Virus record (IMG/VR): IMGVR_UViG_3300011008_000999
Direction: 5' to 3' (one strand)
Source: a virus
Lineage: Duplodnaviria > Caudoviricetes
DNA length: 64,000 bases
Shown here: positions 31,209-40,720 of the stretch, in pieces
Layout: each line of letters starts with the position of its first letter
How positions within the stretch are numbered: the stretch's first letter is position 1
Made by a program: the position numbers and the translations under genes
Notes under the pieces: generated by a model
What the model was told of the DNA's origin: nothing
What the model saw: the letters and a program-made list of their open reading frames with translations, nothing else
The model's database searches: none

Positions 31209-31526
31209 TCACCCAATACCAAAATTACTAGCGTGCGTTAATTCCGGTGGGGTTGCAATCTTTTCATAACTATTATTGGATTCATTCCATTTGTAAACAA
31301 CTCTAGCTAAATCAACAGTTAATATACCTGGTTCCATTGTCTCAATAATGGCATAATCATACATACCATCTCTCATGTCGCTGAAGTTGTTCTCTACTGC
31401 ACAGTTTGCTTCTTCGAAACAGTCAAACCAGCCCACGCATCTACGCTCACCAAAGTCGTAAATACTTGGACTGATGGGATTATGACTGATCTTCTGAAAC
31501 ACTGTTACGGTATAGATTCTCTCCAT
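31209..31526 (-). CDS. Hypothetical protein
   Basis: ORF in operon. Confidence 0.6.
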   Translation of the reverse strand: MERIYTVTVFQKISHNPISPSIYDFGERRCVGWFDCFEEANCAVENNFSDMRDGMYDYAIIETMEPGILTVDLARVVYKWNESNNSYEKIATPPELTHASNFGIG

Positions 31527-32016
31527 CCTCTCTAACTCCTTTCAGTTTATTTTCAGCGTTTTTACTAATAAGGACGTTAGAAAGTATGTTTACAATTCGA
31601 TGACCTTCATCTAATTTTGACTTCATACTATTGGCTACCGCGCTTTGGATCATTGTTACAACTTGCTTATCCATTGACTCAATTACCGCCTGATTACTTC
31701 GGACCGCCTGAGTTCCTGCTGTGCCGTTAAATATATCGGCTTGTGCGCCTTTAGAAACGGCAATCGCACATTCTTGCATAAGCAGAGACATATCCTTTCG
31801 TTCAGAAAAGTAATATAATTCAATAGAAAGCTGCAGCATATAATCCTGCAGCTCCTTATTAGTCAAAGTAGTTAAATTATTCTTGATCTTTGCAATAATT
31901 GCATCGATATCCTTTGTGTTTCTGTCAACAGTTTCCTTAACAATAGGCTTAAGAGCATTATAGATCTCAGAAACCTCTTTCTTTGCCTCATTTACTTTGT
32001 TAATATCAACCATCAC
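31480..32016 (-). CDS. Helical hypothetical protein (UvsY-like position upstream of recA)
   Basis: All-helical; position only. Confidence 0.5.
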   Translation of the reverse strand: MMVDINKVNEAKKEVSEIYNALKPIVKETVDRNTKDIDAIIAKIKNNLTTLTNKELQDYMLQLSIELYYFSERKDMSLLMQECAIAVSKGAQADIFNGTAGTQAVRSNQAVIESMDKQVVTMIQSAVANSMKSKLDEGHRIVNILSNVLISKNAENKLKGVREDGENLYRNSVSEDQS

Positions 32017-32168
32017 ATTCTCCTTGCTTCTTTATATCTTACACTATTTTTATACTCATTAAGCTGAAATACATTAGCATCAGTTTTGTTATCAAAATTA
32101 TTTATCATACACATCATTCTTTTGAATTTTTCATCTTTGAGTTCTTTCTTATACTTCTTCCAGTTATC

Positions 32169-32304
32169 TTGACACTCCCCATGCCTAAAGGCAGGGGATT
32201 CTTGTTTCAGCCACTACTGCGTTCCTAACAAGTAACCTTGTTGGCTCGTCTTACACAATGTCCACAAGCGTAAATTCCCGTATGCCCTACGGTATTTTTA
32301 TATG
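32169..32304 (-). ncRNA. omegaRNA scaffold of TnpB element 1
   Basis: Between tnpB stop and RE; similar to 59587..59733. Confidence 0.75.
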
Positions 32305-33396
32305 TTAGGCTACTGAAAGCCCTTTGTTTAAGATGTTTAGGCTTGCATTAGTGTCTCTATCGTGCTTTGTATGGCATTTAGGACACTCCCATTCTCTAAC
32401 AGAGAGGTTCTTTACAAGTGGATTTTTATATCCACAACAGCTACATGTTTGACTACTAGGATACATGGTCGGAACTTTAATTATTTCATTTCCATACCAA
32501 GTGGCTTTGTATTCAAGCATTGTAAAGAATTTAGACCATGAGCAGCTTGCTATGTGTTGCGCAAGCTTATGGTTGCGCACCATCCCCTTAATATTTAAGT
32601 CCTCTATACAGATAGTTTGGTTTTCGCTAACAAGTATAGTTGACTGTTTTTGAAGGAAATCGTTGCGCTGATTAGTTATCTTCTCATGGACTTTAGCTAC
32701 TTTAACACGCTGTTTATTGCGATTATTAGAACTTTTCTGCTTACGAGAAAGCCTGCGTTGTTCTCTGATAAGTTTACGCATAGATTTCTCTAAATACTTA
32801 GGGTTGTTGACAATATTGCCGTTGCTGTCGGAGTAAAATTCTTTAATACCGACATCAATGCCAATCACGCCGCCTGCATTTGGTCGATATTCGGGTTCAA
32901 AATCAACATTCAGCACTACAAAGTATTTACCTGTGGGAGTGTGTTCTATCGTAGCATTATTGATACGTCCCACTTTCATAGACTGTTTGACTTTGACATA
33001 TCCAAGCTTCGGGAGCTTAATATAATTCCCGACTATGCGAATGTTATCACCTTGGTTAATGGTCCTGTAGGACTGATGATTATTATGCTTACTCTTGAAC
33101 TGCGGATGTCTTGCACGTTTCTCAAAGAAATTTTTAAATCCACGGTCTAAATCTCTCAAAGATTGTTGAAGTGCAATAGAATCAACAACTTTCAAAAAAG
33201 CAAAATCATCAGACCTTTTTAATTCCGTAAGCATAGCAGATGTTTGATTGTATCCTATTTTTTGACCATTAACGTAGGCATTATTACGCATAGCAAGACC
33301 TTTGTTGTAGATGAGTCTGCAACAACCAAGTGTTTGATTTATTAAGTTTTGCTGCTCTTTATTAGGATATATCCTAAACTTAACACCTTTATTCAT
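32305..33396 (-). CDS. tnpB: RNA-guided endonuclease TnpB
   Basis: RuvC D (GIDVG), E (IEDL), D (DRDTNA); CxxC..CxxC. Confidence 0.95.
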   Translation of the reverse strand: MNKGVKFRIYPNKEQQNLINQTLGCCRLIYNKGLAMRNNAYVNGQKIGYNQTSAMLTELKRSDDFAFLKVVDSIALQQSLRDLDRGFKNFFEKRARHPQFKSKHNNHQSYRTINQGDNIRIVGNYIKLPKLGYVKVKQSMKVGRINNATIEHTPTGKYFVVLNVDFEPEYRPNAGGVIGIDVGIKEFYSDSNGNIVNNPKYLEKSMRKLIREQRRLSRKQKSSNNRNKQRVKVAKVHEKITNQRNDFLQKQSTILVSENQTICIEDLNIKGMVRNHKLAQHIASCSWSKFFTMLEYKATWYGNEIIKVPTMYPSSQTCSCCGYKNPLVKNLSVREWECPKCHTKHDRDTNASLNILNKGLSVA

Positions 33397-33856
33397 TGGC
33401 TAATCCTTTACATATTGGCTATTGTCGCTTATATCCCCATAGCTAAAGCTAGGGGTTTTACGCTCGTCTTGATAACTCTTAAGACCGTACCAATCAAACT
33501 CAAAAATACATTTAATATGCTCATTATCCTTAATTAGAAATCTTACTACAAACATTTCAATGAGCATAGAACTTCCTAACATTGCAATACATACCACACA
33601 TCCGATAAATGCGTTGTTACCATAAGGATCAGGGGCATCTACACCACTTGCGCAAAACAAAAATCCAGGAAGACTGAATACTAAAAATGCATACTTAACA
33701 AGTGAAAGCACAATTGCCAAACTACGTCTTGTCTTAGTTAAAAACTCCTTTGTAAAAATCTGTTCCAGCATGATAAATACCTCCTTAATAAATATTTATA
33801 GTTATATTATATCAAGGAGGTATTCATTTGTAAATAGTTTTTATACTAAAGTACTA

Positions 33857-34786
33857 TTAATTGTCATTCTTTTTATGACCTTCGGTCTTATTTACTGAAG
33901 TAGAATCTAACTCCTTATTGTTATCAGTTGTATCTTCTTCAAGAGTAGTCTCGTCTTCATCTGGAGTAGTAACTAAACCTTCTTCTTCGACCTCATACAT
34001 CTGCATGAAAGTATTCATTACATACTCTTCATAATCACCTTTTTCTGCACTAAGTACTTCATCAGGAATTATAACTCCATCAGTAGTAAGTGTCATGAAA
34101 AGGTAACCAGTCTCGACGTCAGACATCTCAGCAGAACCAGTCATTTCAGAACTTGCTGCGATAAAGTTAAGATCTTTATCAAAGTAATAAATTATTTCAG
34201 TCTGATTCTCATCAGTATCATTATAAATAGCTGCGATATAAGTGATTCCATTAAGATCTCTATCTTCGATTCTAGTATTTTCAGGGAAAGTCTGATCCTT
34301 TATAGAATCAGTTTCATCAGTCATGGTTAAACCACTATTATCTAAATCATAATCATCAGAAAACCACTTTTCCTGAGCTGTATCATAGTAGTAAATAGTA
34401 TCATCTACCATATATGCGTTAATATAATTTGCAATGTAAGTATAAGTTACTCCATCACCATCGCTCATTGCCATATAAAGATCATCTTCAGTATAAGATG
34501 TAACATCAGAAGATACATACATCTTCATTGTGAAGTTCTTCATATCTGCAAACTGATTCTGCATAGCTTCAGTAAGCTGTTCTGCTGTAGGATATTCTGC
34601 TACTTCTTCAGTAGGAGTAGGTTCTTTATCATCTACTACCTCTTTAGCCGTCTCAACCTCAGCAGTTACCTGCTTCTTACCTATAGTGGTATCAGTCTTT
34701 CCACAAGCTGCAAGCATTGATACGCATGAAAGAACTAAAAGTACACCAACTAATTTCTTTTTCATAACTTCTCCTTTAAATAACAC
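33857..34786 (-). CDS. Acidic lipoprotein
   Basis: Lipobox LAAC. Confidence 0.75.
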   Translation of the reverse strand: MLFKGEVMKKKLVGVLLVLSCVSMLAACGKTDTTIGKKQVTAEVETAKEVVDDKEPTPTEEVAEYPTAEQLTEAMQNQFADMKNFTMKMYVSSDVTSYTEDDLYMAMSDGDGVTYTYIANYINAYMVDDTIYYYDTAQEKWFSDDYDLDNSGLTMTDETDSIKDQTFPENTRIEDRDLNGITYIAAIYNDTDENQTEIIYYFDKDLNFIAASSEMTGSAEMSDVETGYLFMTLTTDGVIIPDEVLSAEKGDYEEYVMNTFMQMYEVEEEGLVTTPDEDETTLEEDTTDNNKELDSTSVNKTEGHKKNDN

Positions 34787-34874
34787 TATTTATATTCTAC
34801 GGAACTATTCCATGAATAAACTATAAAAAATTGGAGCTATATAAGACTATATAACTCCAATTACATAAATTATC

Positions 34875-35462
34875 TTATTTTGAAGACTTCTTAGATGTAG
34901 ATGACTTCGTACTAGAAGACTTCTTAGCTGTAGACTTGCTAGCAGTAGATTTACTTGCAGATTTAGAAGTAGACTTGCTAGAAGACTTCTTTGCTGGTGC
35001 CTTCTTAGGTGTTGTAGCTGTCTTTGTAGCAGGCTTAACTGTCTTTTTCTTGACAGTAGACTTAGTACGAGGGAAAACTTCCATAATCTCCTTCATATCT
35101 TCCTGATATACTTTATTGCCAAACACATACTTAAGAGCTGCGATAGCAAGACCTTTCTCATAATCAAATACATCATCTGGACCACACTTAGCAGTAGTCT
35201 TTGTTCCATCTTTCCAGAAGATAACAACTGCCGAATCCTGACAAATAACATTGTCAATGAAATTTGTGAGCTTAGGTGTAAAATTCTTTGCTCTATGACA
35301 AGCAGCACATTCCTTTACAGTTTCAGCTGCCTTCTTAGCCGTCTTTTCAGCAGTCTTAGCAGCAGATCTTCCAACAGTAACTACCTTTACAGGTACATCA
35401 GAAAGTGCTCCAAAAATACCACCAATTATTTCATCAATTAATTCTTCTTCGCGTTTAGACAT
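34875..35462 (-). CDS. Protein with histone H1-like Lys/Ser/Ala-rich tail
   Basis: WKDGTKT..C..DVFDYEKG domain plus basic low-complexity tail. Confidence 0.65.
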   Translation of the reverse strand: MSKREEELIDEIIGGIFGALSDVPVKVVTVGRSAAKTAEKTAKKAAETVKECAACHRAKNFTPKLTNFIDNVICQDSAVVIFWKDGTKTTAKCGPDDVFDYEKGLAIAALKYVFGNKVYQEDMKEIMEVFPRTKSTVKKKTVKPATKTATTPKKAPAKKSSSKSTSKSASKSTASKSTAKKSSSTKSSTSKKSSK

Positions 35463-35494
35463 GTCTATACCTCTTTTCTTAATATTTGAACATT

Positions 35495-35516
35495 TGTATA
35501 ATTAAATAGCTCTTCG
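35495..35516 (-). promoter_or_regulatory. Class III upstream motif AAGAGCTATTTAATTATACA
   Basis: 20-mer identical at 43702..43721; variants at 63838 and 9754. Confidence 0.55.
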
Positions 35517-35520
35517 CTAC

Positions 35521-35808
35521 TTAACGATCTTCAGGATGCTGATCTACCATAATAGTTCCATCAGCATTATATCTTACACATACTCCACAACCATTATATC
35601 CATCATATAACAAATAATGTACTCCGGTCTCTGGATCAACATAATCCATAATCTGATCATCATGCGCGTATGTAAGTTCCTTATAGTAATCTGCATCGTT
35701 TTTTACAATATTAGTAGTATCATCTGGTACACTACAACTAGATAAAAATAACGTACAAAATAGCATAGCAATAACTGCTATACTATTTCTAATTGAATGT
35801 ATTTTCAT
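35521..35808 (-). CDS. Small lipoprotein
   Basis: LSSC lipobox; VDPETGVHY...RYNADG. Confidence 0.7.
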   Translation of the reverse strand: MKIHSIRNSIAVIAMLFCTLFLSSCSVPDDTTNIVKNDADYYKELTYAHDDQIMDYVDPETGVHYLLYDGYNGCGVCVRYNADGTIMVDQHPEDR

Positions 35809-35830
35809 AATAATCTCCTTTTATAAGATA

Positions 35831-35946
35831 TAGAGCGAGTTGGATTCGAACCAACGATTGGCTGTTTCCCTTGAATTAGGTAGCGGTTAAAATCACAAAA
35901 ATGATTCATTTTTATGACAGCTGCCTTCCCACTTGGCTATCGCTCT
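35831..35946 (-). ncRNA. tRNA scaffold with handle insert replacing anticodon loop
   Basis: AGAGCGA/TCGCTCT acceptor, D and T arms; GCTGT/ACAGC stem encloses AATCAT-TTTT-GTGATT-TTAACCGCTA. Confidence 0.75.
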
Positions 35947-35948
35947 AA

Positions 35949-36021
35949 CTGGGGTAGCGGGACTCGAACCCACAAATAACGGAATCAAAATCCGTTGCCT
36001 TAACCATTTGGCGATACCCCA
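35949..36021 (-). tRNA. tRNA-Gln(TTG)
   Basis: Cloverleaf read by eye. Confidence 0.9.
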
Positions 36022-36024
36022 ATA

Positions 36025-36460
36025 TAATATCACGTTACGTCTAACGTTAACTACGTATCCGATTTTCATATATCAACTATACGTTTCATTGATATACTAG
36101 ATTGACCTTTTTACGTCCGTCGACAACCATTAAGGAAGGTATTGTTCAATCACTCCTCGAACCTGTACGGGCACCACCCCGTGGTCTGTTCATATCACGC
36201 CTCTGGTTATTACTGCAACCTACACAGTTCTCTCTCGATCCATCTGCTTGAGGCACTAATTTAAGGTTCCACATACTTTACAGAGCTTTTCCCATTACTC
36301 CGACCTTCTGCTTGGGTCTAACGTTATATCCTGTATAGATGAAAGGTGGTTTAATCCATTCACCGAGCTAATAGTCAACATTTCGTATAACTAATCGCTT
36401 CTGCTACCATACAGAATCGTATCCTACGGCCATCTTTTTGGTAAAGGTTCAGGCGACCTT
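36025..36460 (-). ncRNA. Unassigned large structured RNA
   Basis: ORF-free, GC-richer, hairpin-rich, between two tRNAs. Confidence 0.45.
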
Positions 36461-36462
36461 AA

Positions 36463-36538
36463 GGGTGACTGATGGGATTCGAACCCATGATCTCTGGAGC
36501 CACAATCCAGCGTTCTAACCAACTGAACTACAGCCACC
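36463..36538 (-). tRNA. tRNA-His(GTG)
   Basis: Cloverleaf with G-1. Confidence 0.9.
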
Positions 36539-36751
36539 ATATAGAACCTTTCGCTATACCGTCTTGTACTTTGGCAATATAGCTGCTAAGTGATTTGGTA
36601 GGTTCTTTATCCATGTTTATTCATGGTACCAAACCGTCTCTCTCGCCGTTTTTAATAGGTAGGCACCGCAGGAAACCACTCGCATCCTAAATCTTACTGC
36701 CTATTCAGTTTTGTCACTAAAGATTGATCAGATCTTCGTATGTAACAAAAT

Positions 36752-36878
36752 TAGATAACTACGGAATCGAACCGTCTCATAGCCATACTTCCAAAGTTTC
36801 CTTTGTCTGTAGACTCGAACCACTTTCAACCCTTCACCCGTCGGTACATCAGGTTCCTCGCCATTAAGGAGTTATCTA
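36752..36878 (-). ncRNA. Non-canonical tRNA-like RNA with two T-loops
   Basis: TAGATAAC/GTTATCTA ends; TTCGAGT and TTCGATT loops. Confidence 0.6.
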
Positions 36879-36880
36879 AG

Positions 36881-36979
36881 TGGATGGTTATGGAGTCGAA
36901 CCATTATTACTTGCATACCCTCAAAGTTACACGCTGTTAGTTGTCGACGTTTAACAGGTCGCCTTGTGTATACCATCCA
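36881..36979 (-). ncRNA. Non-canonical tRNA-like RNA
   Basis: TGGATGGT/ACCATCCA ends and T-arm; no anticodon arm. Confidence 0.55.
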
Positions 36980-37170
36980 TAATCTATAAGAGCTACTAAC
37001 TTATAGACAATTGAGAACGATTACCGTTTCTGTGTCGTTAAAGTATATATCATTTCAACTCTAACTGGTACTGTGTCCGGGGCTATTCTCGGTTCGGTAG
37101 ACTTATGCCGTGACTATTTTCATAATATGGCTCATCATTTCTGACTGTCTACTCAGCTTTTGTCATTATC

Positions 37171-37377
37171 TTATTCAATATCCTCTTCTTCAGGATGACG
37201 AAGATGATGAATAAATCTTTTTATTTTTTCAATAATATACCATACAATAGATACTATGATTATTAGTATTAATGCTGGTCCACCACCATTACTAATTACT
37301 TCTGTAATAAAACCTAAAAAAGCAATTATTCCTAAAGTCCATAGTAATAATGAAAGTCCATCAAAATCTTCATTCAT
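37171..37377 (-). CDS. Small two-TM protein
   Basis: RBS and class I promoter. Confidence 0.65.
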   Translation of the reverse strand: MNEDFDGLSLLLWTLGIIAFLGFITEVISNGGGPALILIIIVSIVWYIIEKIKRFIHHLRHPEEEDIE

Positions 37378-37498
37378 TTTTACTACCTCATTATTAATGG
37401 TTAGCTTACTTTATTATATTATCACATATTCTATTATAAGTAAATAGTTTTTTAAAATTTTTTTAATGTATAGGTCCCTAAAAAGAGACCTATACAAT

Positions 37499-40400
37499 TT
37501 ATAAATCATCTACAGTATAAGATAGTGTGGTAGATTCAACTGCATTAGTATCTGGATTAGTGTAAGTAATAGTACAAGTATATGTACCATTAGAAGTAAC
37601 ATCAATAGATGCAGAAGTAGATCCAGTTGACCATACATAAGATGCATTTATAGTAGATACTACTGACAGTGTAGCTTTACCAATTTCAGCAGTATTTCTA
37701 TTTAGTGTAAATGTAGCCTCAACATCATTATCACTATGACCACATCCAATCTTAGAAACCATTTCAGTATATGATTCTATATGAGAAACAGTTCTATTAC
37801 TAAAGTTACTTGGATTATTCATATCTTCTGCATAAGTACTAGGTGATGAATAAGTAGCATACGTAGATATCTTTTCATCTAATTCACCTGTAGCGTAGTT
37901 ATATCCATCATTATCTTCAAGCCATCCACCGCTCATTATAACAGGATTTTCTATTCTATCTAGTTGACCATTTACGAAAATAGAAACGTTAGAATATTGA
38001 TGGAAATATCCATTACTATTCATCTGACAATGAGGAGATGATCCTTTTGCTTGAATCATAACTACCCAGTCCTGATTCCAGTTACGTAACATACCATAAT
38101 ACTTATGATAAGGTGCATAAGGTAAACACTGATGTACACAAACATCATCATGTATTTCAGGAACCAGTACATAACAACTATCATTGTGTACATGTTTTAA
38201 TTCATACATAGATGTAGCATTTACTACATGATGTTCTGAACTAAGAATATTATTACAAGTTGTACACTTAGTTACAATATCATATGAACCTTTAGAATTA
38301 GGACTTGGAGCAATATTATTCTGAATTAAAGTAACTGTAGTATGACCTAAAGGACTAGTTTCAGAATCTGTATAAGAATCTCCACATCTATCACATTTAT
38401 GTATTGTATATCCAGCCTTAGTACATGTTGGATTAACTACAGTTTCCTTATAATCGTGTCCTAATGGATCAATATCTTCAGTCTTAGTTCTACTACAATA
38501 TTCACATGTATATGATACTGTTCCAGGTTCCAAACAAGTAGCTGTCTTAATAAATTTACCAGTTTTCCATTTATGTTCTACTATAGGCAATTCATCTGTA
38601 ATATATGAATCTCCACATCTAGAACATAGATGTTCAGTATGACCACCATGTTCACATGTAGGCTTAACTACTGTTTCTTTATAATCATGTCCTAAAGCAG
38701 GAACTTCGACAATTTCGTCTTTAGATATAGTTTGACAATATGTACAATATGTAATCTTATGATATATACCAGGTTTATCACATGTAGGAGCTTCTTCAGC
38801 TGATTGTGTAGTAAATTCAGTAAATTTACATCCACCTTGCTCATCATAGAATATTGCCTTATCTAAAGCTCTTAATGTATCTACTAGTTCTGTAAATGAC
38901 ATGTCGTTAGTAACCGTAATACCTGCTCTTTCGAGTGCAGCACTTTGTGTCGCTATAGCGGTTACTAACTTCTGTTTACCTATAGCTACACATTGAAAAT
39001 TTTCGTCAAGCTGCTGATGATATACATCCAAGTTATTTTTGTAAGCTTTAAGTAACTCTAATAATTCTTGATCATTTTCGTAGTTAGATAATGCTAATGT
39101 ATTATAATTAGTATCAATAGCACTACTTAATGTACTAAACTTAGTATTAAAGTTAGTAAAATTACTAGAAATTAACTCATTCACTGACCCAAACTGAGAA
39201 TTAATAATCTCATTCTGGTTAGCAATATTAGAATCTACTGCTGAAGTAATATTCTGACTTACTGTGTCCATTTTACTAGATAGTAAGTTATGATATTGTT
39301 CAACCTGATTACCTAAATCAGTAAACTGTAAAGAAATGTTATTGTCTAATGTAGAAATTAATCCTTGGTAAGTAGTCTGAAGATCATTTACCTTATTGAT
39401 TAACTTAGTATTGTTATCAATACTAGTAGTGGTTAATGCATTCTGTACATTAACAAGTTTTGTTATTGTATCATTAAACTCAGTTTTACTCTGATTTGAT
39501 AATGCTACAATTAAGCTATTAACATCTCCAATAGTTTCATCAAAATGAGTCTGAATATCATTTAATTCAGTCTGAATCTTATTAAACTCTAGTTGAACTT
39601 CTTCTAACTTCTTTTCATTTAAAGTATTAAGTAAGTTCTGAATGTCAGTATTAGCAGTATCTACTTCAGATGAAATATTATCTAATTCACCTATTAATAC
39701 CTCTTTAGCATCGGTAATACCTTGATTAATAGCTTCAAAATCTGTATCAAGAGTATCATATAAATCAGATGCAAATTCATCAATGTGATTATTAAGATCT
39801 ACTTTGAACTGTGTGATACTATTCTTTAAAGTTGTGTCATTTTCAGTTATAGTATTATTAAGTGTAGTAAGATCGTCATTAATAGTATCAAGTTTAGTGT
39901 TTACTTCAGTAAACTTGTCTAAAATATCTTTAGACTGCTCTTCATCTACTTTCTCAATAAGTTCAACAATAGTCTTAGTAGAATCAGATATCTGAGTAGA
40001 CAAATCATCTACACCAGTAGTCAAACTATCAGTAGAAGTAGTAATTTGTTCAGATAATTTAGTGAAATTTTCCTTAAGAAGTTCTTTGTTATCATCATTT
40101 GTCTTTGATAAATACTCATCTAACTTAGTAGAAAAGTCATTGATTTTCTTAATAGTATCATCATATTGTGTTTTATTATCTGATTTCAGAGTATCTAATT
40201 CTGAAGAAATAGAATTCAATTTAGCAACTAAATCATCATATTTCTTCTGTGCATCAGCTGTCTGACCTTCATTTACTAAGTTAATTACTTCAGTAAGAGT
40301 ATCTTTAGCTGATGTTATTTTATTTTGTAATTCCTTTGTATCAACTGTGAAAGTATTTATTGTAGTGTTTATATCCTGAGATAAATTATCAAAACTAGTA

Positions 40401-40666
40401 TCTATTGTATCTTCTTGCTTAACTACAATAGTACTAATTCCATTTATAGTATCTTTACTAGAATTTACATTGACTTTAACCGTATCTAACTGTGTTGCCA
40501 TATCAGTTAAATCTGCAGATATTTGTTTATTAGTTTTATCAAGTTCAGCCATAGCAATTGCGCGCTGATTCCAAATAGAAAAACCAATTATTGCAATTAG
40601 TAAAGATAAAATTACTACAGGAATAACTACTTTTACTGTTGAGCGTTTATCCTTATTCTTCTGCAT
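37499..40666 (-). CDS. Membrane-anchored coiled-coil protein with Cys/His repeats
   Basis: N-terminal TM, about 550 aa heptads, PTC..G.T.H.C..CG..LGH repeats, Ig-like end. Confidence 0.8.
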   Translation of the reverse strand: MQKNKDKRSTVKVVIPVVILSLLIAIIGFSIWNQRAIAMAELDKTNKQISADLTDMATQLDTVKVNVNSSKDTINGISTIVVKQEDTIDTSFDNLSQDINTTINTFTVDTKELQNKITSAKDTLTEVINLVNEGQTADAQKKYDDLVAKLNSISSELDTLKSDNKTQYDDTIKKINDFSTKLDEYLSKTNDDNKELLKENFTKLSEQITTSTDSLTTGVDDLSTQISDSTKTIVELIEKVDEEQSKDILDKFTEVNTKLDTINDDLTTLNNTITENDTTLKNSITQFKVDLNNHIDEFASDLYDTLDTDFEAINQGITDAKEVLIGELDNISSEVDTANTDIQNLLNTLNEKKLEEVQLEFNKIQTELNDIQTHFDETIGDVNSLIVALSNQSKTEFNDTITKLVNVQNALTTTSIDNNTKLINKVNDLQTTYQGLISTLDNNISLQFTDLGNQVEQYHNLLSSKMDTVSQNITSAVDSNIANQNEIINSQFGSVNELISSNFTNFNTKFSTLSSAIDTNYNTLALSNYENDQELLELLKAYKNNLDVYHQQLDENFQCVAIGKQKLVTAIATQSAALERAGITVTNDMSFTELVDTLRALDKAIFYDEQGGCKFTEFTTQSAEEAPTCDKPGIYHKITYCTYCQTISKDEIVEVPALGHDYKETVVKPTCEHGGHTEHLCSRCGDSYITDELPIVEHKWKTGKFIKTATCLEPGTVSYTCEYCSRTKTEDIDPLGHDYKETVVNPTCTKAGYTIHKCDRCGDSYTDSETSPLGHTTVTLIQNNIAPSPNSKGSYDIVTKCTTCNNILSSEHHVVNATSMYELKHVHNDSCYVLVPEIHDDVCVHQCLPYAPYHKYYGMLRNWNQDWVVMIQAKGSSPHCQMNSNGYFHQYSNVSIFVNGQLDRIENPVIMSGGWLEDNDGYNYATGELDEKISTYATYSSPSTYAEDMNNPSNFSNRTVSHIESYTEMVSKIGCGHSDNDVEATFTLNRNTAEIGKATLSVVSTINASYVWSTGSTSASIDVTSNGTYTCTITYTNPDTNAVESTTLSYTVDDL

Positions 40667-40720
40667 GATTATCTCTCCAAATAAATTCTGCCTGTATTTC
40701 TACAGGCAGAAATAAATAAG

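Larger units (their letters stand above)
32169..33471 (-). mobile_element. IS200/IS605-family TnpB-only element
   Basis: LE after TTAT with hairpin CCCCTAGCTTTAGCTATGGGG; RE hairpin ending TCAA; no target duplication. Confidence 0.9.
32013..33771 (-). pseudogene. Membrane protein gene interrupted by TnpB-only IS
   Basis: Removing 32169..33471 restores an in-frame 151-aa ORF (...GLKSY|DNWKKY...RRM*). Confidence 0.85.

Noticed and set aside
32169-33471. IStron (intron-IS hybrid)
   Set aside because: Left end is only about 75 bp and has no group I core
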